Positions 9,903 to 19,225 of a stretch of 64,000 bases of DNA are shown here, piece by piece. Numbering within the stretch: position 1 is the stretch's first letter; each line of letters begins with the position of its first letter. The notes below the pieces were generated by a model. The model saw only the letters and a program-made list of their open reading frames with translations, was not told where the DNA came from and made no database searches. The DNA comes from Terriglobales bacterium (GTDB lineage: Bacteria; Acidobacteriota; Terriglobia; Terriglobales; Acidobacteriaceae), in the NCBI GenBank assembly GCA_035487295.1, contig DATHMH010000015.1, positions 97,275 through 161,274 of the forward strand. Reading direction: 5' to 3'. The position numbers and the translations under genes are program-made.

Positions 9903-11840
9903 TCATTTTTGTTTTTTTGTCCGGCGCGTGCTGTTCCTGGCGGCCTTGGATTTTTTACCGGGATTTGACTTGAGTGTGTGCTGTTTCGAATTGCCCTGCG
10001 AACCGGTGAAAGCAGGAGTAAACATGACCAGCACCGATCCGAACTCGTCTTTCGCCATAGGCCTGAAGTAAATGTTCATGTGGTCGCGGGCCGAGGTTCC
10101 CTTGAGCGTAACGCTTTTAGCAACCACAGACTTTGTCTTAATCAGGGCGCTGCGATAACGGCGCAAGAGCGCATTGCTGGTTTCTTTGGGAATTGGAAGC
10201 CGGCTTAGATTCAGGCCCACCGTGGAAGTGGTTTCAAAGCCAAACAGCTTGCGCGCCGCCGTATTCCAAATCACGATATTCTGGTCGCGGTCCATGAGCA
10301 TCATGGGCCAGGGAAGGTTTTCCAGGGTCTCGGAGTAGCGGGCATTGGAGGCGTCTAATTCCTTGCCGCGCAAATCCATTTCCTCATTGGTGGTCTCCAG
10401 CTCCTCGTTCAGCGATTGCAGCTCTTCGTTGGTGGTCTCAAGTTCTTCATTGGTGGATTGCAACTCTTCGTTGGTGGTTTCAAGTTCCTCGTTGGCAGAC
10501 TGCAGCTCCTCGTTGGTGGTTTCAAGTTCCTCGTTGGCAGCCTGCAGCTCTTCGCTCGTGGTTTCCAGGGCCTCGATCGTGCTTTGCAGCTTCTCCTTGT
10601 GGGTGACGTCTTCCATGCAAATCAAGGTCCCCGCCCGGCCCTTATTCTTTTCAGCCATGATGGGGCGGATGGTGAGGGCGATCTTGTGGTCATTGGAAGC
10701 GCTACATTCCAGGCGCGCCTCGGCGTTCGATGGACGCGTGGATTCAACTTTGGAGACCAGGTCGGGGAAGTGCGCCGCCAATTCACTTTCGGCCAAAGGC
10801 TTACCCACAAGCTTCTTGCCGGAAAGGCGCAAAAGAGCCAGCGCCGCCTGATTTTCAATCATAATAACGTCGGTGGCATCCAGGACTACGATGCCAGGGT
10901 CGAGGGTTTGCAATAAGGCGTTGTAGTATAGCTTCAGCAGCGAGAACTCTTCGTGGGTTTTGGTTCTCAAAATATCTTCCGGCTGGCCGGGCATTGCGGT
11001 CTCCTTTTCATGAGAGACAGGATCGATACGTTCGAAAAATCTCCACTTTGAATCGATCGGACGAAAGAGAGACGCATTGCGAAGCTGGGACTCTGATCTG
11101 CCCAGGAATAAAACTCCACCGGGATCAAGCGCATAATGCAGCCGCCTCATAATATTCTCCTGCGCGGCAGAATCAAAGTAAATCAGGGCATTGCGGCAAA
11201 TCAAGAGCTTTATGTGAGAGATGGGGGCATCAGAGCTGAAGTTGCTCCTGCCGAAGACCACGAGGCGACGGAGATCGCGACTGATGCGCACGAGCTTTTC
11301 GCCGGTGAAGTATTTCTCGCGCAGCTCCTGGGGCAACCGCTGCACCGATTTGGCAGGATATTCGGCCCGGCGGGCTGTGTTCAAGGCATCTTCATCAATA
11401 TCGGTGGCATAAATTTTTATGTCGTAATCCTGGATTTTAGGGCCGAAATGTTCGGCGATGGCGATGGCGGCCGAGTAAGCTTCCTCACCGCTGGCGCAGC
11501 CGGCGCTCCATATGCGAAATGAGCCGCCGGGCCGCAGATCGCGGGTAAGGCGGGGCACAATGTTCTTGCGCAGAACCTCCCAGGCCGGCGGGTCGCGGAA
11601 GAACTCTGTGACATTGATAAGGATGGTGTTAAGCAGCTCATTGGTCTCGCCGGGATTTTCACCCACAAATTCGATATATTCCCCGAGGTTCCCAATTTTC
11701 AGTTGGAACATGCGGCGCCGGATGCGGCGGTCGAGAGTGCTGTACTTGTACCCGCGCAGTTCGAGGCCGCGCTCCACCGCAAGCTGCGCTAAGAAATCTT
11801 TGAGGGAAAGATCAACCATATAGTTTCGGAGAGCCTGCAT
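9903..11840 (-). CDS. CheR-type SAM-dependent protein-glutamate methyltransferase fused to PAS domains and a heptad-perfect coiled coil (CheB/CheR-PAS signalling family, no kinase output)
   Basis: 645 aa. The N-terminal CheR pattern is YKYSTLDRRIRRRM…VTEFFRDPPAWEVL…FRIWSAGCASGEEAYS. The central part is NEELETTNEELQSANEELETTNEELQSTNEELETTNEELQSLNEELETTNEE, flanked by PAS-like segments. At DNA level the coiled coil forms a 21/42-nt periodic repeat at about 10375-10565. Confidence 0.8.
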   Translation of the reverse strand: MQALRNYMVDLSLKDFLAQLAVERGLELRGYKYSTLDRRIRRRMFQLKIGNLGEYIEFVGENPGETNELLNTILINVTEFFRDPPAWEVLRKNIVPRLTRDLRPGGSFRIWSAGCASGEEAYSAAIAIAEHFGPKIQDYDIKIYATDIDEDALNTARRAEYPAKSVQRLPQELREKYFTGEKLVRISRDLRRLVVFGRSNFSSDAPISHIKLLICRNALIYFDSAAQENIMRRLHYALDPGGVLFLGRSESQLRNASLFRPIDSKWRFFERIDPVSHEKETAMPGQPEDILRTKTHEEFSLLKLYYNALLQTLDPGIVVLDATDVIMIENQAALALLRLSGKKLVGKPLAESELAAHFPDLVSKVESTRPSNAEARLECSASNDHKIALTIRPIMAEKNKGRAGTLICMEDVTHKEKLQSTIEALETTSEELQAANEELETTNEELQSANEELETTNEELQSTNEELETTNEELQSLNEELETTNEEMDLRGKELDASNARYSETLENLPWPMMLMDRDQNIVIWNTAARKLFGFETTSTVGLNLSRLPIPKETSNALLRRYRSALIKTKSVVAKSVTLKGTSARDHMNIYFRPMAKDEFGSVLVMFTPAFTGSQGNSKQHTLKSNPGKKSKAARNSTRRTKKQK

Positions 11841-12573
11841 CGTACAGACTCATTAGGGCAATGCTCAGCTTGCCCACAGGCAAGATGTGATCCACGCAGC
11901 CGGTGGCTATGGCAGAGGCAGGCATGGAGGCAAACTCACTTTCAGCCGGATCCTGGGCCATGGTGACGCCGCCGGCTTCCTTGATGGTGCGAATTCCAGC
12001 GGCGCCATCTTTTAGAGACCCGCTCAGGACAATGCCAATACCGCGGGAGCCATAGACTCCCGCCACCGATTCGAAGAGCAAATCAACCGAAGGCCGGGAA
12101 AAATGCACCAGGCTGGTATGCGCTAACTGAATCTTGCCGGGGCCGATCAGCAGGTGCTCATCGGGCGGCGCGATATAGACCCAGCCCGGCAGTATGACTT
12201 CACCGTGCTCGGCCTGTTTTACGCGCAACGCGGTATAGCGCCGCAACAGGCTTGCCAAAAGACTTTCCCGCCTGGGATCCAGGTGCTGCACCACCAGGAT
12301 GCTGCTGGGAAATTCGGCCGGAAGCGGGCGCAGCAGCTCGGCTATGGCGTGAAAGCCCCCCGCCGAAGCGCCAACGGCCACTACGTCGAAGCGGCGAGAG
12401 GTGTAGTGGTTGCCCCTTAAAACCGGGTTTTTCTTCCTGGGTTTCAGGGGCTTTCTGGACTTGGATCGGGCCACAAAAGACAGTCTAACGCACCTCGGTT
12501 GGCAAGCGGATAAACTTACGATGGTGAGTGGCATCATAACCGTATAACGGCGCACATGCACATTACGCTGCAC
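11812..12573 (-). CDS. CheB-type protein-glutamate methylesterase catalytic domain (no receiver domain)
   Basis: 253 aa track ORF. FDVVAVGASAGGFHAIAELL…VVQHLDP…SRPSVDLLFESVA…GIVLSGSLKDGAAGIRTIKEAGGVTMAQDP is the CheB catalytic core. The basic N-terminal ~60 aa are of doubtful reality, and an alternative ATG exists at ~12537. It overlaps the CheR ORF by 29 nt. Confidence 0.75.
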   Translation of the reverse strand: MQRNVHVRRYTVMMPLTIVSLSACQPRCVRLSFVARSKSRKPLKPRKKNPVLRGNHYTSRRFDVVAVGASAGGFHAIAELLRPLPAEFPSSILVVQHLDPRRESLLASLLRRYTALRVKQAEHGEVILPGWVYIAPPDEHLLIGPGKIQLAHTSLVHFSRPSVDLLFESVAGVYGSRGIGIVLSGSLKDGAAGIRTIKEAGGVTMAQDPAESEFASMPASAIATGCVDHILPVGKLSIALMSLYDAGSPKLYG

Positions 12574-13110
12574 ACTCGAATGCTGCTGGCCAGGACACGC
12601 GTTTTACGCGAAGCACAGCAGGCCTTGCTCAAAGAAATGAAGTTGAGCAGACGCCATCTAAGAAGTAAACGCCTCAGGGCACATTGCCTGCGAAACGCGT
12701 GGCGAAACAGAATCCCCGGGAAACAATAGCGCAGCTTTCAATGAGAACGGGAATCTACTACCGCGCTGCAATTACTGGCTATCGGTGTCCAGGCAGGCCG
12801 GCGGGCTTTCTCGATACGCCTGGAGTTTCAGCGCGAGCCTGGCTCTAAATTCCGCGTGAGTCCTACAATCCAGCTTCTAAAATTCGACTATTTTGCATTC
12901 AAGAAATTGAATTGATTTGCTCCTCGAGAAGTGTATCCTTAAAAAAGATAATCCTTGATCGCGGAGGTAGTTGACTGGTGATCACTTTAAAAATTACCTG
13001 TCACTCGAAAACGCGATTCACGAGATTCGTCGTTTGCATCAATTCTTTATCGGCAACCTGCAACTTGCGCCAGAGTTGAATGATCTAAATATTGGCAGCT
13101 GGGGTTACTT

Positions 13111-13533
13111 ATGGGCCAGAAAGAAACGATCCTAAATTCATGGAAAGAAATTGCCGAGTATTTGGGGCGGGGCGTGAGGACCGCGCAACGATGGGAGCGT
13201 GACTTGGCCTTGCCGGTGAGAAGGCCCCGGGGGAGAGAGCGCAGTGCCGTTGTTGCCGTTTCCAGCGATATTGACGCCTGGCTGAAGCGGTGTCCGATAC
13301 ATGATAGTGCCAACAAGAAACTGCTCTCGCCCGAGCTCAACTCCCCAAGTTGGGTGATCACCCACCAGAATACTCAGACACTTCGGCAGTGCTCAAAAGC
13401 GCTGCATGATCGAGCTCTGCAATTGCGGAAGACACTGCAGCGCGCAATGGAACTGGCTGGGCAACGAAGTTTAGCCCCGGAGTTGGTTCGCAATAGCGCC
13501 AACGGGCTGCAAAGGCGCGTGCCGGGCGCGTAA
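13111..13533 (+). CDS. Small helix-turn-helix (excisionase/MerR-like) DNA-binding protein
   Basis: 140 aa. The N-terminus is ILNSWKEIAEYLGRGVRTAQRWERDLALPVRRP. The rest is low-complexity and helical. Confidence 0.5.
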   Translation: MGQKETILNSWKEIAEYLGRGVRTAQRWERDLALPVRRPRGRERSAVVAVSSDIDAWLKRCPIHDSANKKLLSPELNSPSWVITHQNTQTLRQCSKALHDRALQLRKTLQRAMELAGQRSLAPELVRNSANGLQRRVPGA

Positions 13534-13754
13534 TGTCCCCGCTTGGCGGGACGACATACAAATCCGCCCACAGCCTCGAGTTTCAATTTGCACCCGTGTT
13601 TCCGGATGGGCCATCTCGCATATTTGATTGGATTCAGGTTCAGTGCCGGAATGGTGGTCGCAGATAGTAGAATTTAGCCAGGGGACAGATTGACCCTGCT
13701 TCCCGCCACGTGTTAGCGTAGCCCTCTGTGAGATTTCCCGCTCATCATCCGCGC

Positions 13755-14207
13755 ATGGTAGACGATTTGCATAGCATCAAAGACGACATGACCGCTTTTA
13801 TCGAGGGCCATGGACTCAAGCGCTTCCACGGGTATGTGACCGAAGAACTTTCTACCGTGAATTGGGAGGCAGGCGATAACCCTGATTCCTGGAAAGATTT
13901 TGTCGAGCTCGCCAAGGCCGGGGGCGCAACTTTTCTGACCATGAGCGACGTGGTGCTCGATAAAGAAGAGCTGGATTTTCTCATCGAGCGCCTGCGCAAC
14001 GGCGGATATCCCAGCGATGAAGACCAGGAAGAGGCGCGCATGCTGCGCGTCTACAACGGTAAAACCGGATTCATCCAACTGGGCTGGCCCTGCCAGGGAG
14101 TCGTGTTTCTCTACGAAATCTCCACCGAGTGGTATGACCGCTACCAGCGGCTGATGGACCTGGCCGATGAGATCGGCGGCTTCGTGATTGATGACACGGA
14201 AGAGTGA
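13755..14207 (+). CDS. Hypothetical acidic cytoplasmic protein
   Basis: Track ORF 13728..14207 starts with GTG. I prefer the ATG at 13755 (MVDDLHSIKDDM...). The + frame has coding-like third-position G/C and a protein-like sequence, while the overlapping - ORF 13713..14213 looks like a shadow frame. I recognise no family. Confidence 0.45.
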   Translation: MVDDLHSIKDDMTAFIEGHGLKRFHGYVTEELSTVNWEAGDNPDSWKDFVELAKAGGATFLTMSDVVLDKEELDFLIERLRNGGYPSDEDQEEARMLRVYNGKTGFIQLGWPCQGVVFLYEISTEWYDRYQRLMDLADEIGGFVIDDTEE

Positions 14208-14509
14208 CCGCATTGTCAGGGCACGGATTTATCCGTGCCGCAAAAGAAGCACACATCCTGCGGCTTTAGCCACCGAGGTTAGATGTCCAACCCCGTAATC
14301 GCTCTTCGGGCTTCTCGATGGAACACCCCGTTGCCCATCGGCATTCGACCTCAGAGCCTAAAGGCACATATTCGGCTTATTTTCGGCACGGCTGAAGCCG
14401 TGTCCTGACATTATGTTGCTGCCGTACATGAATAATCCAGGCGCATAGGCGCATTGTCTTTGTTTTCCACAGCGTCATAATCACTCCCTTGCTGTAATCT
14501 ATTGGCTTC

Positions 14510-16255
14510 ATGCAATGGAAGCTGAAGCCGCCGGATTTTACCGCTCTGAAACAATTAAGTTCACAAGCACAAGTTTCGCCTCTAATCGCGAATCTACTGG
14601 TGCAGCGCGGCATCACCACCACAGAGCAGGCGCAATTATTTTTGAAACCGGAATTGTCGCATCTGCACTCGCCTTACCAGATGTTAGGAATGAAGATCGC
14701 CGTCGAGCGGCTGCGCGCGGCCCTCGAGCGCAAAGAAACTGTGTTGATTTACGGCGACTACGACGTGGACGGCACATTAGCGGTGGTGATCCTCAAGACT
14801 GCAATTGAGCTCTGTGGCGGCGTCGCCGATTTCCATGTGCCTCACCGGATCAAAGACGGCTACGGCATGAAGAACGATGTCATCGAGCAGGCCGCGGCCG
14901 CCGATGTGCGCCTGATCATCAGCGTAGATACCGGCATACGCGCCTTTGCCGCTGCCGAGACCGCGCATCGGGTTGGCGTAGACCTGATCGTGACCGATCA
15001 CCATCTTCCCGAAGTGGGAGAGATTCCCAAAGCCCTAGCTGTGCTGAACCCGAACCAGCCGGGATGCGAATATCCTTACAAAGAATTATGCGGGGCGGGC
15101 GTCGCCTTCAAGCTGGCGCAGGCCCTGCTCGAAGGCGCAGGACTCGAGCGCCTGCTGCCTTCATTCATCAAGATGGTCGCCATCGCCACCATCGCAGATG
15201 CGGTGCCGCTCACCGGTGAAAATCGCGTTCTGGCGAAGCTCGGCCTTGAAGGTTTGCGCAAGCGTGCGAATGCCGGATTGCAGGCGCTGTTTGAAGTCGC
15301 AGCGGTAGGGAAGAACGGAGGCGCGCCCACTGCGTCCGATGTCGGGTTTCGCATCGCTCCCCGCCTCAACGCCGCTGGGCGCATGGATGTAGCCAATGAT
15401 GTCATCACCTTATTCACGACTCGCGAACCGGCCGAGGCACAAAAGATTGCCGCCAAGCTCAACCAGCTCAACGCCGAGCGGCAGAACGAAGAGGCGCGCA
15501 TCGTTCGGGAGATACAAGAGCGTCTGGATGGCGATGCCGCGCAGCGCGCGCCTTATTGCCTGGTTCTCGATGGCGATGGCTGGCATCGTGGCGTGATTGG
15601 AATTGTTGCCACCCGTGTGGTTGAGCGTTACGGCCGTCCTGCTCTCGTGTTGGCGCGCGATGCTGAGAATGGCGAAGCCTATGGCTCCGGACGCTCGATT
15701 GCCGGGTTTCATTTGTTACAGGCCCTGGAAGAGCCGGCTTGCCGAAAGCTGTTCACGCGCTTCGGCGGCCACGCCCATGCCGTAGGTTTCTCGCTGCCCA
15801 GCGAACACATTGCCGAGTTGCGCGCCCAGATGGGCGAATATGCCCGGCGTCATCTTACGGATACGGATTTGCAGCCTTCGTTAGAGATAGATATGGAAGT
15901 CAAGCTGGATGAAATCACGCTCGACCTGTGCCGCGAGCTGCAGCAACTGGAGCCCTTTGGCCAGGGAAACCGTGAGCCCGTTCTGGCCATCCGGGATGCG
16001 GTTTTGCTGCAAGTCCCCAAGCTTTTGAAAGAGAAGCACTTGAAGTTGCGGGTCGGCTCCGGCAATGGCAATCATCGCGGGTATGACGCCCTGGGATGGC
16101 GCATGGCAGAGCGACTGCAGGCGGAAAGTCTGGCTCCCGGTGAGCGTTTGAATATGGCTTTCACATTGGAGGAAAACTGTCATCCCGACTTCGGCGGCCC
16201 GCAGATGGTTCTGCGGGACTTTGTGAAGGCGGAAGTCGCGGCCGTAGCCGGTTGA
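14510..16255 (+). CDS. recJ: Single-stranded-DNA-specific exonuclease RecJ (DHH/DHHA1)
   Basis: 581 aa. Motifs include VLIYGDYDVDGTLAVVIL…HVPHRIKDGYGM…ISVDTGI…IVTDHH…GAGVAFKL…GGHAHAVGFSL. Confidence 0.9.
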   Translation: MQWKLKPPDFTALKQLSSQAQVSPLIANLLVQRGITTTEQAQLFLKPELSHLHSPYQMLGMKIAVERLRAALERKETVLIYGDYDVDGTLAVVILKTAIELCGGVADFHVPHRIKDGYGMKNDVIEQAAAADVRLIISVDTGIRAFAAAETAHRVGVDLIVTDHHLPEVGEIPKALAVLNPNQPGCEYPYKELCGAGVAFKLAQALLEGAGLERLLPSFIKMVAIATIADAVPLTGENRVLAKLGLEGLRKRANAGLQALFEVAAVGKNGGAPTASDVGFRIAPRLNAAGRMDVANDVITLFTTREPAEAQKIAAKLNQLNAERQNEEARIVREIQERLDGDAAQRAPYCLVLDGDGWHRGVIGIVATRVVERYGRPALVLARDAENGEAYGSGRSIAGFHLLQALEEPACRKLFTRFGGHAHAVGFSLPSEHIAELRAQMGEYARRHLTDTDLQPSLEIDMEVKLDEITLDLCRELQQLEPFGQGNREPVLAIRDAVLLQVPKLLKEKHLKLRVGSGNGNHRGYDALGWRMAERLQAESLAPGERLNMAFTLEENCHPDFGGPQMVLRDFVKAEVAAVAG

Positions 16256-16423
16256 ATTCTGGCCGGGGCTGAAGCCCAAATCTGTAAGAACCTTTACCCC
16301 CGGCTAAAAGCCGGGGGCTCCCACCGTGCGTCGCAAGCGACGCAATGAACACAACTTCCCAATAAAACATAACTTAATGCAGGGCATCAATAGGCCCATT
16401 TTCCAAAGCCCATTTTCTTCCGA

Positions 16424-16451
16424 GCTAGCAGCTAGTAGCTAGAAGCTATTC
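16424..16451. repeat. Degenerate heptanucleotide tandem array gctagca|gctagta|gctagaa|gctattc
   Basis: Read directly. It lies about 57 nt upstream of the DehI-like ATG. Confidence 0.7.
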
Positions 16452-16507
16452 TTTCCTAGCAACCGTCTGGCCGCCAATTGCACTCCAATGAGCAGAGGCT
16501 CTGCTGT

Positions 16508-17359
16508 ATGGCTCTCCCACGTAGCATCGAAGAAAATGAAATTTCCCCTGAGTTGCGCCGCGTCTACGCGGATATCCGAAAAAGTTTCGATGTGCCCCTG
16601 GTGCCCACGCTTTTCAAGGTAAGCGCCAGCGTGCCCGACTATCTGCGCCTGGTATGGTCCGATCTGGGTGAGGTAGCGCGCTCACGCGAATTCCAATCCG
16701 CAACCCGCGCCCTGGGCGAATACGCCTATTCGCAGGTGGTGAGCAGCGACTGGCGCATGAACGACCAGCACAAGGCCATGGCCGGCCAGGGCTTTTCTTC
16801 AACAGATATGGAAATGCTGGGCGCCGTGGTCTCGACCTTTACCCGTCTTACTCCGCAGATGGCGTTGTTCAGCCGGCTCATGCAGCTCGGCTACTCGGGT
16901 GGGCAGCGCGGAAAAGTTTCCGACGGCAAGCAGGCCTCGGCGCTCTCCCGCATGATCACCCTGCACGTTCCCGGCGAACGCGACATCGGATTGCGCGCCT
17001 GGCTGATCTATGCCGATATCAGGAAAACCACCGGCTCCAAACATATCTTCAGCCTCTTCCGCCTGTTGTCGCCTTATCCCGGTTACCTGGCCTCGGTATG
17101 GATCGATGCCAAGCGCCTCTTCCAGGAGCGTTCCTTCCTGCGCGCGCGCGACGAGGTCATGGCACGCACCCGTGCTCTGCTGACCGGCCTTCCCGTAGGC
17201 GACCATCGGCACATGGCGCGAAACATCACGCCCAATCAGTGGCGCGACATTGAAGAATCGATGGATAGCTTCGTGCGTCTCCTGCCGCAATTCGTTCTTT
17301 TCAATGCGGTATGGCAGCGATCGTTTACCAGGATGGGAAATCTACAGAAGGTGGCGTGA
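16508..17359 (+). CDS. DehI-like (halocarboxylic acid dehalogenase DehI fold) pseudo-dimeric protein
   Basis: Track ORF 16478..17359 starts with TTG. I prefer the ATG at 16508 (MALPRSIEEN). It has two internal repeats of ~130 aa, each opening with (V/I)YADIRK (RRVYADIRKSFDVPLVPTLFKVSASVPDYLRLVW / WLIYADIRKTTGSKHIFSLFRLLSPYPGYLASVW). This matches my recollection of the DehI family architecture. Confidence 0.5.
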   Translation: MALPRSIEENEISPELRRVYADIRKSFDVPLVPTLFKVSASVPDYLRLVWSDLGEVARSREFQSATRALGEYAYSQVVSSDWRMNDQHKAMAGQGFSSTDMEMLGAVVSTFTRLTPQMALFSRLMQLGYSGGQRGKVSDGKQASALSRMITLHVPGERDIGLRAWLIYADIRKTTGSKHIFSLFRLLSPYPGYLASVWIDAKRLFQERSFLRARDEVMARTRALLTGLPVGDHRHMARNITPNQWRDIEESMDSFVRLLPQFVLFNAVWQRSFTRMGNLQKVA

Positions 17360-17362
17360 GGA

Positions 17363-17520
17363 AAGCATTTAGCACTTGGCACTTAGCATTTGGCCCTTAG
17401 AAATTTAACCAGCTACCCTCAAACCCTTTGTGCTAGTGCATAGGACAGCGGGAGCCTGTTGATTGACTTACAGACTGTTAAAGGGCCAAATGCCAACTGC
17501 TAATTGCTAAGTGCTGCTTT
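17363..17520. repeat. Composite inverted-repeat element, copy 1 (heptamer-built arms 17365-17399 and 17485-17519, ~85 nt spacer)
   Basis: The left arm is gcattta|gcacttg|gcactta|gcatttg|gccctta. The reverse complement of the right arm is gcactta|gcaatta|gcagttg|gcatttg|gcccttt. It fills the convergent gap between the DehI-like stop and the HIT stop. Confidence 0.7.
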
Positions 17521-17860
17521 ACCCCGGCGGCCACACTAACATCCTTCCACCCAGCAAATGCAGATGCAGATGAAAAACGGTCTGCCCCGCACCTGGACCT
17601 ACGTTGTACACCGTGCGGTATCCATTTTCGATGTTGCACTGCCGCGCGATTTTGGCAGCGACCAGGTGGCAGTAGCCGATTAACTCGGCGTCTTCGGGCT
17701 TGGCATCTTTCAGGTCCACGATATGCCGCTTGGGAACAATCAGGACATGCGTGGGCGCCTGCGGATTGATGTCCTCGAAGGCGAAGGTTTGCTCATCTTC
17801 GTAAACTTTTTTGCTGGGTATTTTGCCCTCAATGATTTTGCAGAACAGGCAATCGCTCAT
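17519..17860 (-). CDS. HIT-family (histidine triad, HinT-like) nucleotide hydrolase
   Basis: Track ORF 17519..17926. I prefer the ATG at 17860, giving MSDCLFCKIIEGKIPSKKVYEDEQTFAFEDINPQAPTHVLIVPKRHI…HLHLHLLGG, a canonical HxHxHxx histidine triad. Confidence 0.9.
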   Translation of the reverse strand: MSDCLFCKIIEGKIPSKKVYEDEQTFAFEDINPQAPTHVLIVPKRHIVDLKDAKPEDAELIGYCHLVAAKIARQCNIENGYRTVYNVGPGAGQTVFHLHLHLLGGRMLVWPPG

Positions 17861-17920
17861 GGCAGCTTCACGCTTTCTCTCCAAATTAAAGTAGAAATTA
17901 TTATAGAGGAACCCCAAAAA

Positions 17921-18142
17921 AAGCACTCAGCAGTCAGCTCTCAGCACTCAGCCAGTGAAGCAGCATTTAGCACTTGGCATTTGGCCCTTAGAAATATTCG
18001 TGGCCTCCAATGTTGACTGGCCGAGAACCTGGCTTGCTATATCTCGATTTTTATTCTCACCCGCTACAGCCGTCTAGGGGCTAAATGCTAAGTGCCAAAT
18101 GCTAAATGCTTGCTTAGTGGCTGAGTGCTGAATGCTTCTTTT
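17921..18142. repeat. Composite inverted-repeat element, copy 2 (arms ~17924-17990 and ~18080-18137)
   Basis: The left arm is cactcag|cagtcag|ctctcag|cactcag|ccagtga|agcagca|tttagca|cttggca|tttggcc. The right arm is gctaaat|gctaagt|gccaaat|gctaaat|gcttgct|tagtggc|tgagtgc|tgaatgc, whose reverse complement matches the left arm. The inner 35 nt of the left arm are nearly identical to copy 1, apart from one heptamer indel. Confidence 0.7.
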
Positions 18143-18906
18143 CAATCAATCCGCACCAGATAAATTCCACCTTCGGGCGTCGTGTTTTCCCGTGCGATCT
18201 GCTGGGCTCGCTGCTTATCGTCGTTGAGCACGCGTACGCGCACCCACCAGTCGCGGCGCGGGCCTTTGAAGTCGAGCACCTTGGCCGTGCGGTAACGGCG
18301 CTCCAGTTTATCTTTCACCTGGGTTGCGGTATTTTCATCGCCGAAGCCGCCAATCTGCACCTCCCAGCGTCCGCCGGTGTTGAGATTGGCTGGCGCTTGC
18401 AGCACTTCGAGCTTCACCTTGGCGATTCCAGGATGGTAGACGCTGATGCGCCTGGCGGCTTCCATGGAAAGATCAATGATGCGGTCGGCCACGAACGGCC
18501 CCCGATCGGTGATTCGTACCGTCACTGACTCCCGCGTTGCCAGGTTGGTCACGCGCACCATGGAGTTCAGTGGAAGGGTAAGGTGGGCGGCGGTGAGCTG
18601 GTGCATGTCGTAAATCTCGCCATTCGACGCCCTGTGTTTGTCATAATCCGGTCCGTACCAGCTCGCCAGGCCGGTTTGCATGTAAAGGGGCTGAGTGTTG
18701 CGCCGTACCGAAGGCGCAATCGCACCCGAAGTAGGCGAACTGTTTTCTCCTGAATCGGACTCAGGAACAGAGGAAGCGGAGATCGAAGGCGCCGTGGGAA
18801 CAGACGCCTGTGCTGGTCTCTTTTCGCCGCATCCCGCCAGCAAAACCGCTACCGCGGTCAGCACAAGGATTCCAGGCAGATAACCCGGCTTCACGAATGG
18901 ATTCAC
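18142..18906 (-). CDS. rlpA: Septal ring lytic transglycosylase RlpA-family lipoprotein (DPBB domain plus C-terminal SPOR domain)
   Basis: 254 aa. It has a lipobox (VLLAGC), a DPBB core (GLASWYGPDYDKHRASNGEIYDMHQLTAAHLTLPLNSMVRVTNLATRESVTVRITDRGPF), and a SPOR-like C-terminus (WEVQIGGFGDENTATQVKDKL…VRVRV). Confidence 0.85.
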   Translation of the reverse strand: MNPFVKPGYLPGILVLTAVAVLLAGCGEKRPAQASVPTAPSISASSVPESDSGENSSPTSGAIAPSVRRNTQPLYMQTGLASWYGPDYDKHRASNGEIYDMHQLTAAHLTLPLNSMVRVTNLATRESVTVRITDRGPFVADRIIDLSMEAARRISVYHPGIAKVKLEVLQAPANLNTGGRWEVQIGGFGDENTATQVKDKLERRYRTAKVLDFKGPRRDWWVRVRVLNDDKQRAQQIARENTTPEGGIYLVRID

Positions 18907-19225
18907 GTTCTTTTAAGATGCGGAAACAAAAAGCAGAGCAGCTTGATTATGGCCGCTCCCCCGCGAATCGGTCAATTGAGCAATGAGATTCCCTAAAACA
19001 GAACCAAAATTGCTACGGATGCGAGTATCCAGCGTGGCGCCTTTTCGCATCTTATTGTTCTTGTAAGTAATAGAAAATATGACTCCTCTTACGCCGAAAA
19101 AGACGTAAGGTGAAAAATTGTAAAGATGTAGTTTTCGCATGCTGCGGGACTATTCGGAACGAGATTTTTGGTCTATAGTGTTCCTAATTCCCGAACCCAA
19201 TCGCCTGGCAAGCTGCATTATTCAT

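Noticed and set aside
10375-10565. 21/42-nt periodic DNA repeat as an independent repeat element.
   Set aside because: It is the coding image of the well-known NEELQSxNEELETT heptad coiled coil of CheB/CheR-PAS proteins, not an intergenic or mobile repeat.
13713-14213. 166 aa - strand ORF fully overlapping 13728..14207(+).
   Set aside because: The + frame has better third-position G/C and a more protein-like, acidic globular sequence. Neither has a recognised family, so this choice is moderate-confidence only.
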